NCBI GenBank assembly: GCA_963702475.1
Contig: CAVPCT010000001.1
Coordinates: 160,001 to 224,000 of the forward strand
DNA from: an uncultured Thermoleophilia bacterium
Lineage (GTDB): Bacteria > Actinomycetota > Thermoleophilia > UBA2241
Reading direction: 5' to 3'
DNA length: 64,000 nt
Shown: in pieces, positions 1 through 8,751 of the stretch
Position numbering within the stretch: position 1 is the stretch's first letter
Layout of the letters: the number at the start of each line of letters is the position of its first letter
Made by a program: the position numbers and the translations under genes
Notes under the pieces: generated by a model
What the model saw: only the letters and a program-made list of their open reading frames with translations
What the model was told of the DNA's origin: nothing
Database searches by the model: none

Positions 1-1423
1 AGGCGCCGGCCGGGTGCCGTGACGCCGTGAGGACCTCGAGGGAGGCGCCGAGCCGCCCGGCCTCCGCCGTGAGCCGCCGCACGACGCCCGTGCACCCGGC
101 ACCGGCTGCCGGGGCGTCGGTGAACAGCGCGATCCGTGGTCCGGCGGTGGGAGGTCCGAGGAAGTGCTCCCTTATGGCCTCCTGGTCCGCACGGTCACGC
201 GTCTGGAAGCCGTAGGCGATGAAGTAGCCCGTCTCCAGGAAGTGGACCATGGCGACGGCGAACAGCGAGTCGCGGAACCGCCACTCGGGCCGTCGCTTCG
301 CCGGGTCGAGCAGAGGCTCCAGGTGGAGGTTGAGGACGTCGTCCGCGAGCGTGGACGTCACAGTGAAGATGCGTCTGTTGAACTCGCGGCTGCCGACCGT
401 GTGGATGCCGCCCGGGGCCCGCGCCAGCGCCCCGATCTCCCTCTCGAGCAGATCCTCCCAGGCCGGTCCCCGGCCGTCGTCGGGGCGGTACAGGCCGGGG
501 GCCACGCTCCTCACGCCGCGCACGGTCTTGTCGAGGACGGGCACGTCGCGGCCGATCCTCCCGAAGCCCTGCCTGATCCAGCCGAGGGCACGCTGCCGCG
601 GCTGGTCGGTGTCCATGCGAAGCATCTCGCGCAGACGCCAGAACGACGTGGTGTAGATGTTGTGGGCGAGCAGGCGAGCGTCGCCGTCCTCGCCCTCAGC
701 TTCGCAGGCGCCGCGCGCCACGGCGTCCAGGAAACCCTGCGGGGTGCCGTCGCCGCCGGCCACGGTGTACGCGCCGGCGGTGAACAGCCCGCTGTGGTCG
801 TCGGAGCCGCCCGTGAGCGCCTTGCGCCACGGCGTGTCGCCGTACGGCTCGATGCTCTGCCGCTCGGCCATGTCCCAGATGGCCCCGGGCGTGAGCTGCG
901 CGACGATGTCGCGCAGCAACCCGTTGCAGCGGACCACGCGTGCCCCGTTGCGCCCTTCCAGCACGTTGAAGAGCAGAAGCATCTTCTCGACGGTGTCGGG
1001 GGTGAGCCTGCCGGTCATGTCGAAGAGCGGGTGGGCGAGGTAGTGGGGCACACCGGCTCCGCGGAGCAGCCCGACCAGGTCGTAGATGGACGACTTGACG
1101 CTCATGGCCTCCGCGAACGTCGGCTCGTCGATGCCCAGGGCCACCACGTGCACGCGGCTGCCGTCCTCGGGGAACCAGGTGTCGAGCTCGCAGCTCAGGA
1201 ACGTGCCCGGCAGGTGCGCGATGGCCAGCGCCCCGTCGAGCGTGTTGTGGTCGGTGACCGTGACGAAGTCCATGCCCCGCGCGCGCGCCGACGCATATAC
1301 GTCCTCGGGGGCGGTGAAGGACTCTCTGCTGCGGAAGAGCCGGATGGCTTTGGCCGTGGGGCTGTCCGAGCACGCCGAGTGCACGTGGAGGTCGGCCCTG
1401 AAGGTGTTCGTTGCACCGTCCAC
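1..1423 (-). CDS. PHP-domain phosphoesterase, probably fused to a GT4-like glycosyltransferase region (3' end outside window)
   Basis: Manual translation from GTG at 1423 gives RADLHVHS, FVTVTDHNT, YLAHP and GGSDDH (PHP metal-binding motifs), then RIALFTD, which resembles a GT4 N-terminus. The frame is open to the window edge, so it is absent from the ORF track. Confidence 0.8.
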   Translation of the reverse strand, partial: MDGATNTFRADLHVHSACSDSPTAKAIRLFRSRESFTAPEDVYASARARGMDFVTVTDHNTLDGALAIAHLPGTFLSCELDTWFPEDGSRVHVVALGIDEPTFAEAMSVKSSIYDLVGLLRGAGVPHYLAHPLFDMTGRLTPDTVEKMLLLFNVLEGRNGARVVRCNGLLRDIVAQLTPGAIWDMAERQSIEPYGDTPWRKALTGGSDDHSGLFTAGAYTVAGGDGTPQGFLDAVARGACEAEGEDGDARLLAHNIYTTSFWRLREMLRMDTDQPRQRALGWIRQGFGRIGRDVPVLDKTVRGVRSVAPGLYRPDDGRGPAWEDLLEREIGALARAPGGIHTVGSREFNRRIFTVTSTLADDVLNLHLEPLLDPAKRRPEWRFRDSLFAVAMVHFLETGYFIAYGFQTRDRADQEAIREHFLGPPTAGPRIALFTDAPAAGAGCTGVVRRLTAEAGRLGASLEVLTASRHPAGA

Positions 1424-1526
1424 GCGTCCACTCTACCGGATGGCCCGCGGCCGCGTTCGCGCGGCCCTGGCGCGGTCATGCGCACCGCGTGTTGTGCGGC
1501 CGGGGGCGGCCCGGTACCATCCGGGC

Positions 1527-2057
1527 ATGACCGCGCTCTCGTACGTCGTGCTCACCGCCGTCGGCCCGGACCACCCCGGGCTGGTGGACGCCGTCACACG
1601 CTTCGTGCGCGACAGCGGCGGCAACCTCGAGGACAGCCGCATGGTCAACCTGCACGGCCAGTTCGCGATGATGCTGCTGGTGGCGGGTACGACCGCGACG
1701 GTGGAGAAGCTCCAGGCCGGCCTGCCCGGGCTGCAGGACGATGCCGGCGTTCACGCCCAGCTGCAGCCGGCGGCCGCGGCGCCGCAGGCGGCCGCTGCCC
1801 TGCCGCTGCGCATCACCGCCTGGGCCATGGACCACCCCGGGCTCATGCAGTCGCTGTCGCATCTGCTGGCGGGTCTCGACGTCAACATCGAGAGCGCCGA
1901 GACGTCGCTGAGCTCGGCGCCGCACACCGGTACCCCGCTCTTCACCATGCAACTGCTGGTGTCGGTGCCGGCCACCACGCAGGTCTCCCGGGTCCGTGAG
2001 GAGCTCGGAAGGCTCTGCGACGAGCTCAACATCGACTGGAGTCTGGCGCCGCTCTGA
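1527..2057 (+). CDS. ACT-domain protein, glycine cleavage system repressor GcvR-like
   Basis: Two ACT repeats (LTAVGPDHPGLV..GGNLEDSRM and ITAWAMDHPGLM..VNIES). TACCAT -10 lies 6 nt before the ATG. Confidence 0.85.
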   Translation: MTALSYVVLTAVGPDHPGLVDAVTRFVRDSGGNLEDSRMVNLHGQFAMMLLVAGTTATVEKLQAGLPGLQDDAGVHAQLQPAAAAPQAAAALPLRITAWAMDHPGLMQSLSHLLAGLDVNIESAETSLSSAPHTGTPLFTMQLLVSVPATTQVSRVREELGRLCDELNIDWSLAPL

Positions 2058-2100
2058 GGCCGGCCTGCGGGCTTCCGTCACGGGGCGCATACGCCTGCGC

Positions 2101-3825
2101 TCACGGCTCTGCGAGCAGCCGCGCGACCTCGTCCGTGGCGAACGCCGGCCAAGGCACCTCCGTGCCGTCCCGCCGGGCCGAGACGTCGTCGCCCGGCGCT
2201 CCGACCTCTCCGACGATCGTCGCCGGCACGCCCGCGGCCGTGAGGGCTTCGATGAGGGCCGCGGTCTGCCCGGGGTCGCAGCACACCAGCAGGCTTCCTG
2301 AGGCGATCAGCCCGAGCGGGTCGGCCCCGAGCAGGGTGCACACGCGTGCGGTCTGGGGCAGCACGGGGACGACGTCGCGGTCCATGCGGATGCCGTGCCC
2401 TCCGGCGTGGGCGACCTCGCGCACAGCCGTGGCCAGGCCACCTTCGGTGACGTCGTGCATGGCGTGCACGCCGTCGAAGCCTGCGGCCACGCGCGCCTCG
2501 GGGACGATGCTCATGAGAGGCAGGAGGGCCGCGCAGTCGGCCAGCTCGGCCTCGGACATGCCCAGATCGTGCAGCCTGCCGGCCGCCTCGGTGGCGAGGA
2601 TGGCAGTGCCCTCGACCGCCAGCGCCTTGGTGAGGACCACCCGGTCGCCGGGGCGGATGCTGCGCTTGTCGCGGAGTCGCTCGCGCGCGACGGTGCCGAG
2701 CGCGGTCACCGACACGACGGGCCGGGTGACGGCGTCGGTGACCTCGGTGTGGCCGCCGACGACCGGGGCCCCGACGGCGGCGGCCGAGGCGGCGACGTCG
2801 GCGAGCAGGTGCAGCGCCTGCGACGCGGTGGTGCCCGGTGGCAGCAGGACGGTGGTCAGCAGCCAGCGCGGTTCGGCGCCCGCGGTGGCCACGTCGTTGG
2901 CGTTGACGAGGGCCGCGAAGTGGCCCAGGTGCTCGCCGGTGAGCGTGATGGGGTCGCCATGTGCGACGAGGGTGGAGTGCTCCGCGATGTCCAGGGCGAC
3001 GACGTCCTCGCCGACCCCGGCCGGCACGAGGACGGCAGGGTCTGCCGGCCCCTGCACGGACTCGAGGTGCCCGGCCAGCAGGTCGTTGGGGAGCTTGCCG
3101 GGTGAGAGAGGCAGGCCGAGCCGTACCACCTCGTCGAGTCCGGCGAGGCCGTGCACGACGAAGTCGGGGGAGCCGTCGTGCCGGTCGGCGCGACCCGCTT
3201 CGTCCACACCGGCCGTCGCGCCGGTGGTGGCGGCGTGCGCCAGTGCCGTAGCCCCCGTCTCTCCGGCCGCGTCGGCGTCGTCGCCGTTCGTGAGGTACGC
3301 CGTCACGGCCCCGGCCGCCTGCCCGGCGAGCACGTCCAGCACGTAATCGCCGACCACGAGCAGCTCTTCCGGCGCGACGCCCATGGCCTCGGCGGCGTGC
3401 AGCACGCCGTCGGGCGCCGGCTTGGGCGCGGGCTCGTCGTCGCGCGTGACGACGACGTCGAAAGCGGAGGCGTCAAGTCGTGCGAACCGCGCCAGTGCGG
3501 CGTCCACAGCGGCCCTGCCGTTGCGTGTGAGCACCCCGATCCTGAGGCCGGCGCCGCGCAGGCGGAGAACAAGCTCCTCGGCGCCGGCGTTGGGTTCGGA
3601 TCCGGCGGCGCCGGCCAGCTCGAACCGCTCGAGCGACGCGAGCGCTTCCCGGCGCTGAGGTCCTTCGGCCAGCGCCTCGATCCACTCGAGGACGAAGCGG
3701 TCCGGCGGGCACCCGATCTCACGCTTGAAGGCGGCGAAGTCGAGCGCGCCGGGGCGAGTGAGGGTGCCGTCGAAGTCGAACAACACGGCCCGCAGGCGGA
3801 AGGGTCTGGGGGTGTGGGCGGTCAC
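2101..3825 (-). CDS. HAD-IA hydrolase fused to an AIR synthase/HypE-like (PurM superfamily) domain
   Basis: N-terminal LFDFDGTL, PKPAPDG and VVGDYVLD; C-terminal GVGEDV, DPIT, NANDVAT, VGGHTEVT and AMHDVTEGGL. Confidence 0.85.
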   Translation of the reverse strand: MTAHTPRPFRLRAVLFDFDGTLTRPGALDFAAFKREIGCPPDRFVLEWIEALAEGPQRREALASLERFELAGAAGSEPNAGAEELVLRLRGAGLRIGVLTRNGRAAVDAALARFARLDASAFDVVVTRDDEPAPKPAPDGVLHAAEAMGVAPEELLVVGDYVLDVLAGQAAGAVTAYLTNGDDADAAGETGATALAHAATTGATAGVDEAGRADRHDGSPDFVVHGLAGLDEVVRLGLPLSPGKLPNDLLAGHLESVQGPADPAVLVPAGVGEDVVALDIAEHSTLVAHGDPITLTGEHLGHFAALVNANDVATAGAEPRWLLTTVLLPPGTTASQALHLLADVAASAAAVGAPVVGGHTEVTDAVTRPVVSVTALGTVARERLRDKRSIRPGDRVVLTKALAVEGTAILATEAAGRLHDLGMSEAELADCAALLPLMSIVPEARVAAGFDGVHAMHDVTEGGLATAVREVAHAGGHGIRMDRDVVPVLPQTARVCTLLGADPLGLIASGSLLVCCDPGQTAALIEALTAAGVPATIVGEVGAPGDDVSARRDGTEVPWPAFATDEVARLLAEP

Positions 3826-3865
3826 CAGGGTCCGCGGGTCGCGTGCGCCTCCCGGCCGCCGGCGC

Positions 3866-5353
3866 TCACTTGCGCGCGTAGGCCTTGAGGCAGACGTTGA
3901 CGCCGGCGGTCTCGCCGTCGAGGGCGAGGTCCAGCCACGCGCCGCCGCCGGTGTTCCTCATGTAGCTCTGCCCGGCCTTCGCTCCGGCGTGCGACAGCCA
4001 GGCCTGCACCTCGCCGTCCCACGCCCGGCTCTCCACGGCGATGGGCTCGGTGCCGTCCGGGGTGACCATGCGGAGCGCGACGACGAACGACGCGCCCTTG
4101 CGCACAGCGAACGGCGTGGTGAACGCGACCGTCGTGAAGCCGGGCAGGGTCTGCGTCCCCTGGGCGCGCACGCTCAGCCTGGCCAGCGAGGGCCCTGCCC
4201 ACACCTCGTACCTGGCCCCTGCCGCCGGCACGTAGAACCCCGCGGCGGCGATGCGTTCGGTAGCCTTGGCGACGAACCTGTTGGCGCCCCATGCCTCGTT
4301 CGGCGCCTCTCCGTCCGCGTACCCGAGAGACTGGGTCCAGCCGAGCGTGTCGTACTGGTAGTTGCGCGCGTAGTTGCTCACGCTCTCCACGCGCGTGTAG
4401 CTGGTGAGCGGGCCGAAGGCGAAGGCGCGGTCGTGGTAGGAGACCCAGAAGTACCCGTCGTCGCCGTACGAGGCGCCGTAGCTGTTGCGGACGAGGAAGG
4501 CTCCGTCGCCCGGCGGCTGGCCGGACGCGGCGGCGAACCTGGTGCGCGGAAACGCGTCGTCCCAGCCCACCACGTTGACGCCGTGGTTCTCGGGGACCTC
4601 GTCCGCATCCTCCACGGCGTCGCCGTTGTCCAGCACCTTGCCGGAGTAGTACACCGGCCACCGGGACCCGGCGTCGTTCACCGACGTGTCGAACCGTCCC
4701 GAGTAGTACATGCCGACGCTCATGGCGCCGCTGTCGATGACGAGTTGCTTGATGAGATCGTTGTCGGCGACCCCAGTGCGGCCGGGAAGCATCACGGCCG
4801 CCTGGACGTGCTTGAGCACCTTGGCTGCCTTGGTCCTGGAGTCGCCGTACTTGTCGCTCTTCTCGTCGACTGGGCCTGCCCAGCGGGCCAGGTAGGCGAC
4901 GGCCATGAAGTCCCACCCGCCCCACTCGTAGGCGCCGCCGGGGAAGGGGCCGTAGCCGCTGCGCAGCACGACGTTGTCTTCGCTGAAGTCCCACTGCTTG
5001 CCGGGGAGGAGGCGGGACTCGATCGCGGCGAGGTTGGCGAAGGCCCAGCAGGTGCCGAGGTCTCCCTGGTCGCGGACGGCGGTGAGGCGCCCGAGAGCGC
5101 GGAGGTCGAAGGAGGCGGGGAGGACGGCGCGGCGGGCGCTCAGCCGGGCGCGCGCCGCCTCGTCGATCTGCACGACCACGGGCGCGGGGCGGCGGCCGAG
5201 CACGCCGGCCAGCGGGTCGTGGAACGACTGCACGAACGCCCGGTCGGGCGGCGCCGGCTGCGGCACGTCCTGCGCGCCGGCGAGCGCCGCCGGGGCGGCA
5301 CCGAGGAGCGTGGCGGTCGCTGCCACGAGCGCCGCCACCTGCCCGATCCTCAT
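3866..5353 (-). CDS. Secreted papain-family (C1A) cysteine peptidase with C-terminal lectin-like domain
   Basis: Signal peptide MRIGQVAALVAA; VRDQGDLGTCWAF (catalytic Cys), NHGVNVVGWDD (His), VRNSYG (Asn); C-terminal NVCLKAY. Confidence 0.9.
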   Translation of the reverse strand: MRIGQVAALVAATATLLGAAPAALAGAQDVPQPAPPDRAFVQSFHDPLAGVLGRRPAPVVVQIDEAARARLSARRAVLPASFDLRALGRLTAVRDQGDLGTCWAFANLAAIESRLLPGKQWDFSEDNVVLRSGYGPFPGGAYEWGGWDFMAVAYLARWAGPVDEKSDKYGDSRTKAAKVLKHVQAAVMLPGRTGVADNDLIKQLVIDSGAMSVGMYYSGRFDTSVNDAGSRWPVYYSGKVLDNGDAVEDADEVPENHGVNVVGWDDAFPRTRFAAASGQPPGDGAFLVRNSYGASYGDDGYFWVSYHDRAFAFGPLTSYTRVESVSNYARNYQYDTLGWTQSLGYADGEAPNEAWGANRFVAKATERIAAAGFYVPAAGARYEVWAGPSLARLSVRAQGTQTLPGFTTVAFTTPFAVRKGASFVVALRMVTPDGTEPIAVESRAWDGEVQAWLSHAGAKAGQSYMRNTGGGAWLDLALDGETAGVNVCLKAYARK

Positions 5354-5601
5354 GCGTTGCCCTCCGATCCTCCGTGCGCCTTTGCCGTCCAGTGTAGCGC
5401 GGTGGCATGGGCTTGTCGCCTCTGGTGCGTGGGGGTGCTCTAAACCTGGCGCCCGGCAAAGCGTCTCGCCCCTGCGGGCAGCTGCCGGGGAGACGGCCCG
5501 GTCGCCAAACGGGTTCCGGACGCGCCCACGGCTTGACGACGCAGCGGGCGGGGTAGGACGCCGCACGTGAGGGGGTGCATCGCGTCTGGCAGGGAGGAAC
5601 C

Positions 5602-6039
5602 ATGGGTACGATCTCGCTCACCGCTGAAGAGCTCAACGGCCGCAGGCTTCTGGACGAGACGGGCCGGGACATCGGCCCGATCGCCGACCTGTACGTGGAC
5701 GGCGACGGCAGGCCGCATTGGCTTCTCGTCGACACGGGCTTCTTTCCGGGCTTTCGCAGCGTGATCCCGGTCACCGACGTCCTCGTGACCGACCGCGGCC
5801 TGGAGGTCCACTACGGCATGGAGAAGCTCACCGGGGCGCCCAACTGCATGAAGGACAAGGACTACGCCGCGCACCGCGAGGGGCGACTCTACGACTACTA
5901 CGGGCTCGAGGCGCCGGAGGCGGTCCGGGACGCCGCCAGGCACGGCGTCGGCGAAGACCTCCTGCTGCCGCCCAGTGCCCTGTGCCGCTACTCCACGCTC
6001 TCGTGCGAGAACAAGCCGGTGGAGTTCGAGGCCGAGTAG
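5602..6039 (+). CDS. PRC-barrel domain protein
   Basis: GRDIGPIADLYVDGDGRPHWLLVDTGFF and 'RLYDYYG'; GGAGG RBS upstream of the ATG. Confidence 0.8.
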   Translation: MGTISLTAEELNGRRLLDETGRDIGPIADLYVDGDGRPHWLLVDTGFFPGFRSVIPVTDVLVTDRGLEVHYGMEKLTGAPNCMKDKDYAAHREGRLYDYYGLEAPEAVRDAARHGVGEDLLLPPSALCRYSTLSCENKPVEFEAE

Positions 6040-6080
6040 CCGCACCCTGGCCCGTCTCACCCCCAGCCTGTAGGGTTGCG

Positions 6081-6094
6081 TGAACGAACGTTCA
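6081..6094. promoter_or_regulatory. Palindromic operator TGAACG-AA-CGTTCA, likely TetR autoregulatory site
   Basis: Perfect 6-bp inverted repeat just downstream of a TAGGGT -10-like hexamer (6071-6076), at the 5' end of the TetR gene. Confidence 0.65.
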
Positions 6095-6121
6095 GTCAGT
6101 CTTCCTGGCGGAGGGCGGCGG

Positions 6122-6745
6122 GTGATCGGGAGGCCGATGCGGCGCGAGGAGAAGGCGCGGATCAGGCGGCGAGAGATGCTGGTCGCCTACTATGAGGTCC
6201 TGCTGGAGGAGGGGCTGACCGGTGCCTCCGTGGCCAAGGTCGCCGCCTGCGCCGGCGCGCCTCCGAGCCTGCTCATCCACTACTTCGGCACCAAGGAGCA
6301 GATGACCATCGAGCTGGTGGACTACCTGCTCGAGCGGTACCACGAGGCCTGCGGCGCCGGGCTGGAGAGCATCACCGACCCGCTCGAGCGGCTGTACGCC
6401 ATCGTCGGAGAGCTCTTCAGCGTCGAGTACCACCAGCTCCTCGACGACCGGGCATTCTACGCCCTCTTCTACGTGAGCCTCACACATCCGACGGTGCGGC
6501 GCGCCTTCGCCCGCGTCTACGAAGACTCGCTCGGGCTCATCGAGCGCGCCGTCGGTGACTGCATGGCCGCCGGGCTGCTGCCGGCCGACGACCCTCACGA
6601 GCTCGCCGTCACGCTCAAGGCGCTCGAGGAGGGCTACGCCTTTCTGATCGGTGGCGGCGCCGACGAAGCGGCCAAGGCCGAGATCGGCGCCGTCCTGCGC
6701 GCACGGGCGTTGCACCTGCTGGGCCTGCCGCCGCGTCCCGTCTGA
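6122..6745 (+). CDS. TetR/AcrR (BetI-like) transcriptional regulator
   Basis: HTH GASVAKVAACAGAPPSLLIHYFGTKEQM. Start chosen at the GTG after GGAGGG; 6080 or 6137 are also possible. Confidence 0.9.
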   Translation: MIGRPMRREEKARIRRREMLVAYYEVLLEEGLTGASVAKVAACAGAPPSLLIHYFGTKEQMTIELVDYLLERYHEACGAGLESITDPLERLYAIVGELFSVEYHQLLDDRAFYALFYVSLTHPTVRRAFARVYEDSLGLIERAVGDCMAAGLLPADDPHELAVTLKALEEGYAFLIGGGADEAAKAEIGAVLRARALHLLGLPPRPV

Positions 6746-6915
6746 ACGCCGCCGCCGGAGGTGGCCAGTCGCCTCATCCGCGGCGCCGGTCAAGCGGGCC
6801 GGCCAGAAGTGGACGCAGGGCAACGGCGGCACGGCGACGCTGAGGTTCACGGGGCCTGCCGCCGGGGACGGGGGCGCTGGTCGTCGTCGACCAGCCGCCC
6901 GCCCCGTCGCGTCGG

Positions 6916-7752
6916 TCAGTCGAGACCGAGGCGCCGCAGATCGTCCTCGTCGGCGCCGAAGTAGTGGGCCGTCTCGTGCAGGACGGTGATGCGGATCTGC
7001 TCGGCCAGGTCCTGCTCGTCCGCGGCCTCGCGCTCCAGGTTCCGCTGGAACAGCTGGATGAGCGTGAGCCCCTGCGCCCCGAGCAGCGACTGGTCGGGCA
7101 TCGCGGTGCCCTCGAAGAGGCCGACGAGGGTCCTGGGGTCCAGGCCGTCACGGACCATGTCCTCCGTGGGCCGGTCCTCCATGAGGATGGGCACGTTGGC
7201 CAGGTGGTGCCGCACCTCCGCCGGCAGCTCTTCGAACGCCGCGTCGGCGATCTCCTGGAAACGGTCGGCGCTGATGAGCGTGTCCTCGCCGTCGATCGAG
7301 GCGTCGAGGCGCAGGACCGCGAGCCACTCCGCGACCATGCGCTTGAAGTCGCCCCGCTCTTCGTACGCGACGCCCAGCAGGTGCCTGGCGTCGGCCTCCG
7401 CCTCAGGCTCCATCTCGCGCTCCTTCAGAACCCCCTCCAGGAGACGGACGGCTCTGCGCGGCTCCCCGAGATCGAGGTGCACCTCGGCGCATCCCAGCTG
7501 CGGCTCGATGTCGTCCGGCTCCACTTCGCTCCAGCGCCGGTACGCCTCGAGGGCGTCCTCCGGGCGGTCGTCGGCCAGGGCGTATTCGGCCGCCAGCTCG
7601 AGCACGTCCGGGTGGTCGGGCGCAGCGTTCCGCGCGCTTTCGAGGGCTCGCTCAGCCACCTCGAGGTCGTCCTCATCCAGGGCTTCCCATGCCCGCTGGA
7701 GGTGCCTCCGTATCGCTGCGGGGAGCGTGGTCTCGTCGTCCACGGTCGCCAC
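6916..7752 (-). CDS. TPR + Zincin_1-type metallopeptidase family protein (HExxH intact)
   Basis: TPR-like helices, then LVGLFEG, IQLFQRNL and VLHETAHYFG. Confidence 0.8.
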   Translation of the reverse strand: MATVDDETTLPAAIRRHLQRAWEALDEDDLEVAERALESARNAAPDHPDVLELAAEYALADDRPEDALEAYRRWSEVEPDDIEPQLGCAEVHLDLGEPRRAVRLLEGVLKEREMEPEAEADARHLLGVAYEERGDFKRMVAEWLAVLRLDASIDGEDTLISADRFQEIADAAFEELPAEVRHHLANVPILMEDRPTEDMVRDGLDPRTLVGLFEGTAMPDQSLLGAQGLTLIQLFQRNLEREAADEQDLAEQIRITVLHETAHYFGADEDDLRRLGLD

Positions 7753-7756
7753 CGGG

Positions 7757-8587
7757 TCAGTTGAGCCCGAACTGCAGGAGCTCGCCTTCGTCGGCGCCGA
7801 AGTAGCGTGCCGTCTCCTGCAGGACGGTGCTGCGGATCTGTTCGGCCAGGTCTTCTTCGTCTTCGGCCTCGCGCTCGAGGTTGCGCTGGAACAGGTGGAT
7901 CAATCCGGCGTCGGGCCCCCCCTCGGGGACCTGGGCCCGGCCGCCGGTGACGATGCCGTGGAACAATCCCAGAGTCCGCGGGTCGAGTCCCTCGAGTACG
8001 AGCGCCTCGGAGGGCCGGTCCTCGACGAAGATGGGCACGTTGCGCAGGCGCCTCAGCACCTGCTGCGGAAGCTCCTCGAGTGCGTCCTCGGCCACCTCCG
8101 AGAATCTGCCGGGGTCCAGCAGCCGCTCCGGCGGGTCGTTGGCGGCGTCCAGGCGGAGCACGGCGAGCCACTCGGTGATCGTGCCCTTGCGGTCGCCCTT
8201 CTCCTCGCAGGCCTCGCCCAGCAGGTGCCGGGCGTCGGCCTCGTCCAGCGGGTCGAGCTCGAAGTCGGCGAGCAGCTCGCGGAGCAGGCGCGCCGCCTCG
8301 GCCGGTTCGCCGTTGTCCAGGTACACCTCGGCGCTGCCGATCCACGGGCCGGCGTCGTCCGGGTCCGCTTCGCTCCAGCGCCTGAAGGCCTCGAGGGCGT
8401 CGTCCGGGCGCTCGTCGGCCAACGCGTACTCGGCCTCCAGCTCGAGGACGGCCGGGTCGTCGGGTGCGGCGTCCTTCGCGTACTCGAGCGCTTGCTGAGC
8501 CGCGTCGAGGTCGCCCTCGTCGAGGGCGTCCCAGGCGTCGTCCACGTGCCGTTGGGTCTCAGGGTCCAAGGGTGTCTCGTCGTCCAC
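7757..8587 (-). CDS. TPR + Zincin_1-like paralog with degenerate zinc motif (QETAR)
   Basis: Colinear paralog of 6916-7752; the motif reads VLQETARYFG. Confidence 0.8.
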   Translation of the reverse strand: MDDETPLDPETQRHVDDAWDALDEGDLDAAQQALEYAKDAAPDDPAVLELEAEYALADERPDDALEAFRRWSEADPDDAGPWIGSAEVYLDNGEPAEAARLLRELLADFELDPLDEADARHLLGEACEEKGDRKGTITEWLAVLRLDAANDPPERLLDPGRFSEVAEDALEELPQQVLRRLRNVPIFVEDRPSEALVLEGLDPRTLGLFHGIVTGGRAQVPEGGPDAGLIHLFQRNLEREAEDEEDLAEQIRSTVLQETARYFGADEGELLQFGLN

Positions 8588-8751
8588 GGCCCAACTATAC
8601 CCGCAGGCGCCGGGAAGTGGTGTCCTTCACGGGAAGGTGTCGCTGTGGGCCCGCGTCCGCCCTTCGTCATGACCGGGTCGCACGCCGCGGCATGCGCCCG
8701 GCGCACGGCCCGGAATGACGCGCCGTCCGGCCCTCTGATATAAGCAGCATC

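Noticed and set aside
5440-5525. GGCAAA followed by a CGTCTC/GAGACG stem, reminiscent of a c-di-GMP-I riboswitch
   Set aside because: It lacks the GNRA-capped stem and the following GACGCAAAGC consensus. An Rfam scan would be needed.
6746-6915. Short protein-like stretch (QKWTQGNGGTATLRFTG) and the 67-aa ORF 6761-6964
   Set aside because: No credible start, or overlap with the convergent gene. It may be a gene remnant but cannot be supported.
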